Assembly (NCBI GenBank): GCA_037447605.1
Contig: CM074813.1
Span: 1,302,001 to 1,366,000, forward strand
Direction of reading: 5' to 3'
Length of the DNA stretch: 64,000 bases
DNA from: Zygnema circumcarinatum SAG 698-1b
Taxonomy: Eukaryota > Plantae > Zygnematophyceae
Shown: piece by piece, positions 24,941 through 35,897 of the stretch
Layout of the letters: each line of letters starts with the position of its first letter
How positions within the stretch are numbered: position 1 is the first letter of the stretch
Notes under the pieces: generated by a model
Seen by the model: only the letters and a program-made list of their open reading frames with translations
Told to the model about the DNA's origin: nothing
The model's database searches: none
Position numbers and translations under genes: made by a program

Positions 24941-27900
24941 GCGGGCGTTTCTGCGGGGAGCAGTTGGTCAGATCACGTTGCCCTCTCGGATCAGGGCAGG
25001 TGGAAGCGAGGAGAAAGGCAGGTGGCTGCGATAGGCAGGACGGGCAGCTTGGATGACCCAGAGGGCCTGGAGAGTGAGGGAGGGATATAGAGTCCTTCTC
25101 TGCTGTGCCGTACCAGACCGCGTTGTCGGTCGTCGTAAACTTGGCATCGCTTTCAGGCGCCAGCTGCCCTCGGTTGGGACGGAGTGCCGCCCCCGCCGAG
25201 GACGCTCAAGCCTTGCAAGCGACTGCGGCCTTCTCTTTGTATGCAAGTTGAGGTATGTAAAAGAAATCTGATTTTGCGTTCTAGCACAGCGAGTTGGCCA
25301 GGTGAGCCTCTCGGCCATGAGGAATAGCTACAGTTTGGGAAGTGCTCTCCATTCTGATTTCAGTGGCAGTGTTGGGGACTGTCCGCCCTGTCAGTTTTGG
25401 CAGATGAGGATTGGTTGTTTAGGTATTGGCAGGGAGCTGGAATCAGTTGGATGACAGGCACTAGAGCCTTTGTCATTATTGTACTCTGCTTGATCCATTA
25501 TGTACAATGTGTTCATTAATAAATGGAGCAAAGTCCCTGTCAGATGGATGTGCCCCCCTCCCTTCCCATGGAGTCTCGTCAAACATGTGTTTGTCCAAGG
25601 CGCGTAGGTTGGCAGTGCGTTCGACTGTTGTTTTGGTCGACTGTTTGCGTGTTTATTTTAATTTTAAGATGCCAGTGTGGTATCTCCGCTTCCCTGCGCG
25701 TTTTCTGAATATTATGTGCGGCTGGGATGTGCAGACTGCATGGCAGAAGTATGACACCCATGCAAAGTCACGGTCAGATGAGGAATGTGTGTGTTCTCTA
25801 ACCTTGTCCTAATTTTTTCCTGTAATTTTTTTGAGTCTGTTGACAAGTGACGGGACGTAGAACATGAATTAGCTCGTACACTCCCATACGGAGTAGTAGA
25901 AGCAGAATAGCTGTCAGGGCAGGCTACCTGAGTGAAGGTTGCTGTGTGTGCAAATAGGTGGAGACTTGCAGCCCGGCACTCGCGCTGTGGGAGGGAGTGT
26001 GGGCTCGCTTCTTTCGGTGGGGGGGCTTTGGTCTCTGACCAATACCGCATGGTCTGCCTGAAACTGCAGTGGGTGAGTGGCTGCTGACTGTGGGCTCTGC
26101 AGGCGCTCTTGGGTTCACGCCCAGGTATGATTCGGAACTCGATTGTGCTTCAGGGAAATGCCATTTTTTGCAGTAAAGCGTTGGGATGGTGCCTTTTTCT
26201 TATGCTCGGTTAATATAGTGAGAACAAAGACACGTGAATATGCGGCTTCCATCCTGTCCTTGCAAGAGGCAGGCTGCACTTATCCCATGCTCGCTGTTGA
26301 AGGGATGGCAGGGGAACCTTTCTGTTGCGTTGGGACCTTGCTGTTGCTCTGGGCCATCTCTGTTCTGTTCCGCGTTCTTGCAGTCGTTAGGCAGAGACGG
26401 AGGGCTGGCACATTTGCCCTCGCCCTTTACCCTAAAGACAAGTGAAAACCAGTCTGTCAGGTCGAAGGCCAGAATAGGAACGGAATGAGCTGGGTGTTTA
26501 TTATTTTGAACTGTTTGTACTCGTTTCCTGATGACAAAAGGAGGTCACGTGTTTTCAAAGTATTTTCTTCTTAGACATTTTTAGAGAGGAGATGGGCGCT
26601 GTACTTCTAAGCGCTGTACTTGAGAAGAGCCCAGCTTAGTGGGTACGGGCACCTTCCGCATTATGGTTTTCGTATGGCTCGTTGTAGGGACTACTCATCA
26701 GGTGGATGCGGGTACCAGAGCACGCAAGGCAATGTGATACGCAATGTGAAGCTGTATGCTGGTTGGGGACACATTTATGAAGAGCCGTGTGTGGCTTCAA
26801 AATTTTGACTGTTCTGAAATTGGCGATCTTCGCATAAGTGAATGGTGTCAGCTGTCAATGATGGTGACTTCTGCAGTGCTTATCTGCTGCGCATATTGAT
26901 TCACGCGTATGTGTATACCCAGTCACACTTGTGAACATAGCTCGTTGTGGTGTACTCGCGTAGACAAAACACGGGTGTCGGCAGTACTCGCCTTTTGTGT
27001 GGCATCTAAGGGCTTGGGCATTTGCTGGGACATGGAAGCATGATAATAGTATTTTGCATCAGGGGGGTTCGTTTAGAGTAGAAGACAAGGGCAGCCACTG
27101 ACCTCATACCGGCTCTCCTTTGCAGAACCAATGAGGTTCTGACAGAGTTTCCGCCGCAAATTGTGCAGGAAAGTTGCACTGTAAAGATAAGAAGAAAAAT
27201 AGATTATCTCAGGAAAGGACGTCGTTACATCCCCTCTAATAAACTGCGTCAACGGCAGCACAACTGTTGCCTCGTCATGAGGTCCAAAAGAATTTGACCT
27301 TGCTTGTCTTGGCTTGACTTCTTAAAAGCATAAACGTGTAAAGTACTCTTCACAATGGCATCTGCATGAGAGCGAGTAGGGGCCGGTTGAATCTCAATCT
27401 TGCCGGCATCCTGTCTCCCCTCCCTCATGAATTACTGAGCAGAACTTAAGTTGGGAATACTATGTGAAGTTGCTTTAGTGTCTAAAGTACTTCATTTGAA
27501 AGAGACGAAACTGTAAAGACTCGTCCACTTCATTCTCGATCGCAACGACCCGCAGCTGCAGCTCATTGCAGCCACTCTGATTGCATGAATGAGTTCCTTT
27601 TCTGAAAAACGCTATATGAGTTGGGAGAAAGTTTCTCGAAGGACACCCTTTTGAGGAAAGTTATCTCTATGGAGGCTCTCTCGATAGCAGAGGTTTTGAA
27701 AAAGGTGCTCTTGTTGAAGGTTCGTTGAATAGAGCCTCTCTCCAAGCAAAGTTTATTCGTCTTCCCTGACATTACTCGTTTGGGAACTGCTGCACATTTC
27801 ACCCTAGTAGGAAGCCACAGAATTAAGGACCACCCTTGCAGCAAGCATCTCTCACTGAAACGATTCAAATAGTAAGTTTGACCTTCTTCTCGGTGTTGTC

Positions 27901-28519
27901 CCACTATGCTTCTCCAAAGGTGTGTAACCATCCCTTCTGTGAAACAAATTGGCAGGCCGAGGTATTTGAAGAGCAAGAAAAACAAGAGCAATAAGCAAAA
28001 CTCAACATAATGCACAGAAATTCATTCAAAGCATTGGAAATCACATCAGTGAGTAAATATCAAACATGTAAACACAACGTCATACCCCAAAAAGTTTGCA
28101 ATACTGGAATTTTCACTTGTCCTCAAAATATCGTTTGCTCTCGCTAGTCCTTCATCCATGTCTGACGAGAAATGAGTTCCCATGTCTGACAAGTTTTGCC
28201 CGAAGCCTAGATCGGCAGTTGTTTCATTGCATTGCCGTGCCAATTTTTTAACAGCGGAAGGTCTAACACAATCGACAAAGCACGATATGAAACATCATTT
28301 CACGGACACGATGGCGGTTGTAGCATTCTAATGCATCTGAAACCTTTATTTGTACCATGCGCAGGAGGAAGTTACATCTCCTGCTACAAATTCTGTAAGC
28401 AGCACAAATTGTGTAGGATGGTACCACAAAGAAAATTCTCTCGGGAACAAAAAGTTTGAGGGCCAGAGAGAGCTTTGCCGGTATGAAGAGTCATACGTTG
28501 CGGCTGAATGGAAGACTCC

Positions 28520-28636
28520 CAGAGAAAAAGAGAGAGAGGGGGGAGAGAGAGAGAGAGAGGGAGAGAGAGAGAGGAGAGAGAGAGAAAGGGAGCGAGAGAA
28601 AGAGCGAGAGAGAGAGAGGGAGGCAGAGAGAGAGAC
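28520..28636. repeat. (GA)n microsatellite
   Basis: Directly visible. Confidence 0.9.
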
Positions 28637-28931
28637 GGCCCATGTGGCTCCGTAATCTGACTTCATCACCGCGGCCCGAAGAGAGCGAACTCAGCTGGAC
28701 CCCTCGAAAAAACTCGGCGCACAGCTCCTCAAAGCTGTGGCCTTACAACTGCTTTGCTTCCAGCAGACTTGGCTTCCTTCGGGCAGAAAGTGATGCTAAC
28801 TTTGAATTAATGAAGACGGCAGGATTTCAATCTTACCATCATCTGCTACAAAACTACCTTGTCCTCCTACTGAGACCCCTACTGCTTTACCAGATTCATC
28901 TAATGAACCGCGCCCCCTCCATCCTTCCACG

Positions 28932-31900
28932 TCACCTCCGGCGTCTCTCCTTCCAATATTCAGAGTCTCTATGGCTTCTCTTGTCTCGTTCTTTCCTCAT
29001 GTTGTTGTAGGTTTCTCTTGCCAAATCTCTCCACATAGTTCCTAACAACCTATCGACATCACTCGAGTCGTCTCCTTCCACCACCTCAAGAAGCTTTCTC
29101 CTTCCCTCTCCCGTTCCCTTCTCTGATAACCTTTCCTCCCTAACGCTATCTTCCCCTTTATTTCCTGCAGCCTCTACAGACTCAGCAATGGTTTGTAACG
29201 TCTGAAGTACCTCTCGCGCATCTGCCTTAGTTGTCCCATCCACTATTTTCGCCACCTCCGCCTGTACCGTTAAAGCCTTTCCCGTCCCCTCAAGATCTGC
29301 AGCAACGTCTGCTGCCACTTTCTCCACCTTTTCAGCCTTCTCTCCTCCCTCTACCCCGTTTTCCACATTGTTTATCTGGTCTTCAGGTAAAGTGGAAGTC
29401 TTTTCTACGCTTCGGAGAGCACTCGGAGGCGGGCTCTTGGGTAAAGGCCAAGGAGTTCTCTTTGCTGGAACAACAATTGGCAGTTCGGGTATTTGCCACC
29501 TGACACCACATGTGACCGATTCAAAAGGTTAGGGGCTCTCGCACAAGAGGCATACAGCCAGGACCCCCCGGCTTTGTCAACATAATTGCTGTTCAGACTT
29601 CTTCACAAGCACTCTCGACTGTGTTTCAATATGAATTGAAGGCACTATTACGTTTGGAGTCGGTCCTCCAATCTTGGCACCCAATGAGCGATGACTAGAC
29701 AAGCGCTCTGACCTAGTGCTTCATGCAGGTTTTCAGTTTATAGTATGTTCATCAGTCGTCATAATGTGCAATAACTCAATGATTTGTGCGTGGAAACCAA
29801 CCCTCTAGGAGTTGTTGAGGCCAGCGAAAGAGGGACAAAAAGGGGAGCTCCATTTCCCGGACTGAATGCAGATTGGACAATGCAAACTGACCTGCTGTAA
29901 AACCTGCTATCTCCGCGAGCCTCAGCCCTCATCCACCATCCGAGCACTTCCTTCCCACAGGCCCCTAAGGGCTCCACATTCATCTCGTCCACAAGCATAC
30001 GTTTCAACAAGTCTCCAGCTGCGGTCTGATGCACTCCAACACTATTGAACTGCCTGTCGACAGCCTTACTGTCTGCCCATTCCTCCCATCTCCGAACCCA
30101 CGATGGCCTCTCACTACTGTCGTCTACATGTGGCACAGTTCCCGCTCCAAACTGATGCCTTATCCTGTGATCCGAGTCATCCCATAGGAGGCGCGAATTG
30201 AGAACAAAGCTTCCCCAGACCATCTGCATTCTCTCAGCCTCGATGTTTATCTCCTCCCCATAGTGAGGGAGTCCCTCCGCTACCTGCTGGGGTGAGTGCA
30301 GCATGGTGTGCCAGCCTGACAATGACCCGTTCTCATTGCATACGGGGCTTTGAATTGGCATACGTAAACTCTTTTGGTTGCTCTCCAAGGGGACTTTCTT
30401 TTTGTTCTCCTCAGCACCACCTCCAAAAATATCTGTAAACCCTGTTTGAAGCAGAATGCTGATTGCTGCTGCCCCAAACCATCTAACCTTTTGAGCCTCT
30501 TCGAAGAACTTTGGGGAGAAGACGGAGCTATCATCTGCGAATAATACGAGGCCGTCCATTCGCGTCTCTCGAACGTACCTGCAAATGTTACCGATAAATT
30601 TACGTCACAACAGCCGTTGCAGAAATACAATTGAACAGACTCTCCGTCGAAGGAATATTGCAGAAAAATACAATGTCGTAGTTGCGTTTATGTGAGCTCT
30701 ATTTTGCAGACCATGACCTACAATTATGGGGCGTTCTTAATAAACTTAATCTTGTTTTGATTGCGATGAGGGAGAAAAACTGCAAAGCACTATCAGCCAA
30801 CGACTAATAATTCCCTGGCTGTTGCAAGCAATGTCATGTCATGTAATGTAATGTCATGTCATGTCATGTCATATCTACGAATACTGCCCATGGGTGAAAG
30901 AGCCAAACAGTATGGTTTTTCACAGCTCTTTGGAACTCAAACGATATAACAAGTGCCTACGCTCTTATCCAGGTTCAGACAGCCCACACGCCCCTCCTTT
31001 CTAAAAGGTGTTTAAGCTAGAGAAACAATTGTCTCGGAAAGAGACTAAGAAAAGCGATCGCCGATAAATGGCAGCCACAAAATTCTGCTCTTACATGAAA
31101 GGAGAGTAACCTTTTGACGACTGTTTCATGGGTAAAACCCCTTTGAACATATGTTCGAAAACTTCAACTCACCTGAGCCCTAACTCTCGCATGTGAACTT
31201 CCGTAAGCCACCTTTCCTCCCACGCCTCTGGCATTTCGCTTCCATACTCTAAATGAACAAAACCTAATCCCGACTGCTGAAGAATGGCTGCAGTATCATT
31301 TGTTCGACGGGGCGCCTCAATCACAACCCAAAGCAAGGGGGCTCGCGCTCGTTTCAAAGAATTCACCAGACCAATCATATGAACAGTCTGAAAAGTACGC
31401 ATAAATGTTGGAGTTATTGCAATCAAAAGCCTTGGAGGATAAATGGAGGACGCCCGATGCTGGCGCTCTTGCAAAAGATCAAGCAGTTCATGTGCCAGTA
31501 CCACCTGATAAGGGTCTGGATGGGGATAATCTCTAATGAGAATTCCATGGCGGCCCACTCTGCTACCCCCTCTTACTCCTTTTTCATCCTCATGTCCTGT
31601 CTCCAACTCAAGCTGCTTATCGCTGCTCTCTTCATCCCAAAAGAGCATATCTCTATGAAGTGGTCGATGTGGATCAGGCAAGTCCGTCTGGATTGCTTGG
31701 CGAGAACCGCCCAAAGCACCCTCTCTCAAGACACCAATTCGTCCTTCCTGAATGGTTGTTTCGCTCCCCCCCAACAAGAGGATCTTCCCCTCCCTCGCTA
31801 AGCGGAACCCAATCAGCATAAATGCGCAGCACGCTGCGAGGTGGAGGAGCCATGGAGCTGCTGCCCTCACCCCGGAGAGAACAAGGAGGTTCTTTGCGCT

Positions 31901-32050
31901 CTCAATTTGTCTCCCAGCTGCAGCTTTCAGATTTACTGTGCGCCGGCCCATATCCCGAGTGGCTTCTGGCTCTCCTTTCCTTCCTCGCCTTACCCGGATA
32001 TTGTGTGCACGGCCCTCCTCCGCAGCAAGAGAATTTACAGCTGCCCTCAT
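28932..32050 (-). CDS. IRX14: GT43 xylan-synthesis glycosyltransferase, IRX14/IRX14L-like; exons 32050-31173, 30578-29892, 29499-28932
   Basis: Type II TM segment; GRHGILIRDYPHPDP, IAITPTFMRTFQ, LLWVVIEA, DGLVLFADDS, PLGACGKEVLGWWMRAEARGDS and VPAKRTPWP match the IRX14 clade. Confidence 0.9.
30831..30872. repeat. (ATGTC/ATGTA)n pentanucleotide repeat, intronic
   Basis: Directly visible. Confidence 0.9.
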
Positions 32051-32849
32051 GTGCCTTGGCACCTATACATCTTCTGCAGACCAGTTGAAGTCCGCAGCAC
32101 CTCACGGAACAGAAAAGCATATGTCCCTTGTCGGAAGGTGACAACCTGCAGAGCAATATAGGGTTCTCCTGGAGGAGATTGCAGGCGTTACCATGCGGAA
32201 AGTTTGCAGCGCTTTAATGGCCTTTGTAAGGCCATGCAGTATATCACTGGAAGAGATTCAGCTTCCTAATGGAAGATCGGCACGAGAGACTTGATTACCG
32301 CTTGAAACCGCCAATGCAAAAGGAAACTACGAGAGCGACAGCTCCTCATGCTGCACCTGACCCTGCCGTCGCCCTAATGCCAGAACATGATCACCAAACA
32401 TTCATCACTTCTCATCCTTTCTCTCAGCCACTCAGTCGCTTCTGCGAAACCGCTCCATACGAAAGACGCTTCCTTCCTTTTTAACGCCACGCCACCCCTG
32501 CCCTAACCCTAACTCTAACCCTAAAATCTCCGACCACCACTCCAAACCCTTCTCCCTCTCCTCTCTTTCCTCCTCCCTCCTCCCTCTGCCTCCGTCTCTC
32601 CCCCCTGATACGCGCCTCCTCCTCCCTCCCCCAGCGCGTATCCCGTATTTTCCAAGGCCTAGATTATTGACCGCCCTGCCGCCTGCCCGCCCGCCCCGCC
32701 CCGCTCCGGCCCTCTGCAGGCAGCGAAGCGCGCCTTCCTCCTCCTCCAACACCTCCCTCAGCACCTGCACCACCAGCAGCAGCAGCAGCGGCAGGCGCAG
32801 GGCCAGAGCGGGAGGGACGGACGGACGGACGGAACGGGCACGGGCACGG

Positions 32850-35080
32850 ACGGGTGAACCGCCACGTGGCGCGCTCCGAGAGGCTCACTCGCAGCTCGCA
32901 CGAGCGGCGCGGGGCGGCTCGCGCATGGATCGCGCGGTTCGCGGTTCCGTTTCGGTTGGCCGTACGTTCGTACGGTTGGCATTGTCGGGGGGGCAGGCGG
33001 TCGCCTGACGGCCAATGGGGAGAGGACACGCGCGAGAAGATTTGTCGGTGGGGCTGTCCACTGGAACTGTGTCGCTGGCAGTTCGCAGTTGGGAGCAGAA
33101 CCGAGGCCGCATGGGAATGTAGTTGGTTTGTCGGTTCCCGGCTGTGTCAGTGTCCAAAAAGCTGACAGTCAGCCACTGGAGCGGATGATGCCATGCCATG
33201 CCATGCCGACCCATACGACTGTGAGGGCCCGGTCCCATCACCGCCTGCAGCGCCCCTCGCCCACTCCCCGCCGTCGATCCACCTCAATCGAACGGACGCG
33301 CTGCAGCCCCCGCCCGCCGATCCCGCGCGGGCTGGTACGTACGGCGGAGCGCCCAAGGGGGGGGGGACGTCGGCAGAGGGCGCGGTGACCGCGGTGGCCC
33401 TACAGTCTCCGCGGTGTTCGTACGTGCCGTACAAACTGCCGTACACTCACCGGTCGTCAGTTGGGTCGGTTCGTCGGGTCGGTGTAGGCCGTACAGCCAT
33501 GCCACGTCGGTGCCACGTAGATGTATTCCGCGCTAACGTCACACGTGCCGGCCTGACGACGTGCCATGTCATGCCTTCCACAAGTAGTCACTCTCGTTTG
33601 GGATACTCTTTCCCCCTTTTACACCTCTCTCCTTTCTCCCTCTCCCCTTCCCACTCCTCTCCCTGCTCTTTTCATTTTCGTTTTCGCTCTCCTTCTCTTT
33701 CTCGTCCTTTATTACGAGAGGTCTGTGTTCTCTCCCTTCTCTTTTCTCTATTGTTCTTTCACTCGCCCTTGTCCTCTATTGCAATAATGGATATAGTTAT
33801 TGTTCATCTTCATCCTCAGATAGATAAAGAGAAACAAGCAGAGAGAACGACACGGAAAGAAAGAGGGGCTGGCTACCAGGTGGAGCCCCTCGCCACTTCC
33901 ACAAATGTGCATGTTTGATCACGTCACGTGTCGCTCCACGCCTCTGGACGTGCACGTGCAACCGCAATCAAAAGCAACCAATCGCGCACAGGCACAGCCA
34001 AATGCAAACAGATCCAGCCAAATGCAAGCAAACATGACCACACGGAACCAAACGCAGACAAGTACATGCAGAAATTCAAAGATGCAACCGCACACAGCCA
34101 AATGAAAACAAACAGAACTTGACACAACCAAACACATAAAAACATAATAACCCGCAACCAAATGCAAAACCACGCAATCAAAAACAACCAAGCGCCCCCA
34201 AACGCGATAATGACATACAAAAACAAGAAAAACGCAACCACACAACCAATTACAAGTAAGCGCAACCAGACGCAGCCACAGACAACAAGACGCGAGCAGA
34301 CCTAGCCGGACACAATCACACGCACGCGCAACCACATATTCCGTAGTTCCCACTACCCGATTCCCTTTCCATGAGTTGTGAGCCTAGGGGAAATGAATGA
34401 CATGTGTGTGGACACGACCAAAGAAACGCAAAGGAGCTACGAGCGTTGTAGAAACGTCCTTTGAAGCCGCATCCTCCGCTTGTCCTTTGATAAATGTCGC
34501 GGTGTGAGAGAGACTGGGCAACATGGCGGTTGCTCGTTCATCGTGTGGGACTTTCCTTGGAGCGTAGCCCGTACGGTACGGCCGAGCGGCACCGCTCCCG
34601 CCCGGTACGGTGCAGGCCCGCCGCGGCTACAAATATGCTCTACAGTACTGCTACGTCTAGGCTACAGCTACAGGCTACGGACTACGGTGGCGCATAGGAC
34701 CCGCACGCGCGAGGACGCCACGTGGGTGCCACGTTGGCACCGACTTGGCTGACGTGATTCGGCCACGGACGGACTTGGCATCGTGTCCGCCCATTGCGCG
34801 TGCGAATGGTAATCGGCGGCTCTGCTTAGGCCGCCATGTTGGCACAGAATTCCATGGGGCCGCGTTTCGCCAACGTGGCGCCAACGTGGAGACGACATGG
34901 CGTCGACGTGGCTGCCACGCCATCGTTCAGGAGTTGTTTTCATGCGGAGGCGCCGTGACGGCGGTACAACCATTCGCGTGCCGCCACGTGGTAACCAAAG
35001 ATCCGGCAGCGTGCGACTGCCATGCTGGCGCGTATTCGTACACCAAAATGTGTACGGCCGAAACTCATTGTACGAACGAC
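32850..35080 (-). promoter_or_regulatory. Two GC-rich G-box/CCGTAC islands (32850-33570 and 34560-35080) upstream of the IRX14-like gene
   Basis: GCCACGT at 32861, 33501, 33512, 34717, 34984 and other ACGTG cores; 10 CCGTAC/GTACGG sites. Confidence 0.55.
33961..34335 (+). repeat. Degenerate 10-bp tandem array, consensus ~AACGCAACCA, ~37 units
   Basis: 10-nt phase holds over 33961-34240 (aaagcaacca, ggcacagcca, cacggaacca, gacacaacca, cccgcaacca, aacgcaacca), then shifts by 2 nt. Confidence 0.75.
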
Positions 35081-35897
35081 GTGAAAAACGGGATTTCGCA
35101 GGATTGGGAAACTCGGTCTCATGGAACTGGCGTTTCCTTCTGCGAATCGACTCGTCCTCCGTGGACCGTGACGGACTGTTACGGAATGCGCTCACGGTAA
35201 CAGTACCGGGCCCTGCGGCAGAAGGGCAGCAGAGGCCTCCCCCAGACCGCAGGACGTTGGGCTTCATTCCATGCGCGGAGGCATCATGGTGCAACCGCTA
35301 GGGCCGCTGTGTCACACCTCCCATACCCCACAGTCCTTTTTATTTCCACAAAGGCCCATCACATATACAGCACACAACCTCCAACAAACCGGCGTAGGTG
35401 TCTCTCCGTAGCCGCAAACTCTACTGGCTCGCCTCGTCACGGTCTAACTATTACACGTCACGGCTAAATATCAAAACCTAGAGTGCAAACCGCCATACTA
35501 CAAAGCACAAGAGCTAGCAGTAAACGACCCTTAGGGCCAACACGGTAGCTGGAAAAGGGAGAGAAGCAAACCACCTCTCCGCTAGCTTAGCATGCAAAAG
35601 CTCCCTTAGCAACTAAATACACACCTGCATTGAACCTATACATACTCCTTCCTATGTCGACATTCTAGGTATAGACAGGCTTGAACACGATGCCTATTTC
35701 TACACTTGAACCAATGCTGCCACCCTTAAGGTGCCAGCATTTCCCTTTCTAAGGCGCAATGAAAGCGGGGACCCCTGTTCAAGGAATACATGCCATGCCC
35801 GCCCCCCACAGAGGTTGCCCATGGCATTTCCATGGCCATGCATGCACGGCGGCTAAACATTAAGAGGTTGGTGTCAGCCACCCAAAGGCGCCGGTGG

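Noticed and set aside
24950-28500. Possible additional gene or TE relic between MGS and IRX14 (e.g. ORF 27563-28015)
   Set aside because: No recognisable domain, terminal repeats or consistent exon chain
32660-35300. ORFs such as 33193-33918 (241 aa), 33919-34353 and 34668-35294
   Set aside because: They cross GC islands, CT tracts and the decamer array; low complexity and no recognisable motif
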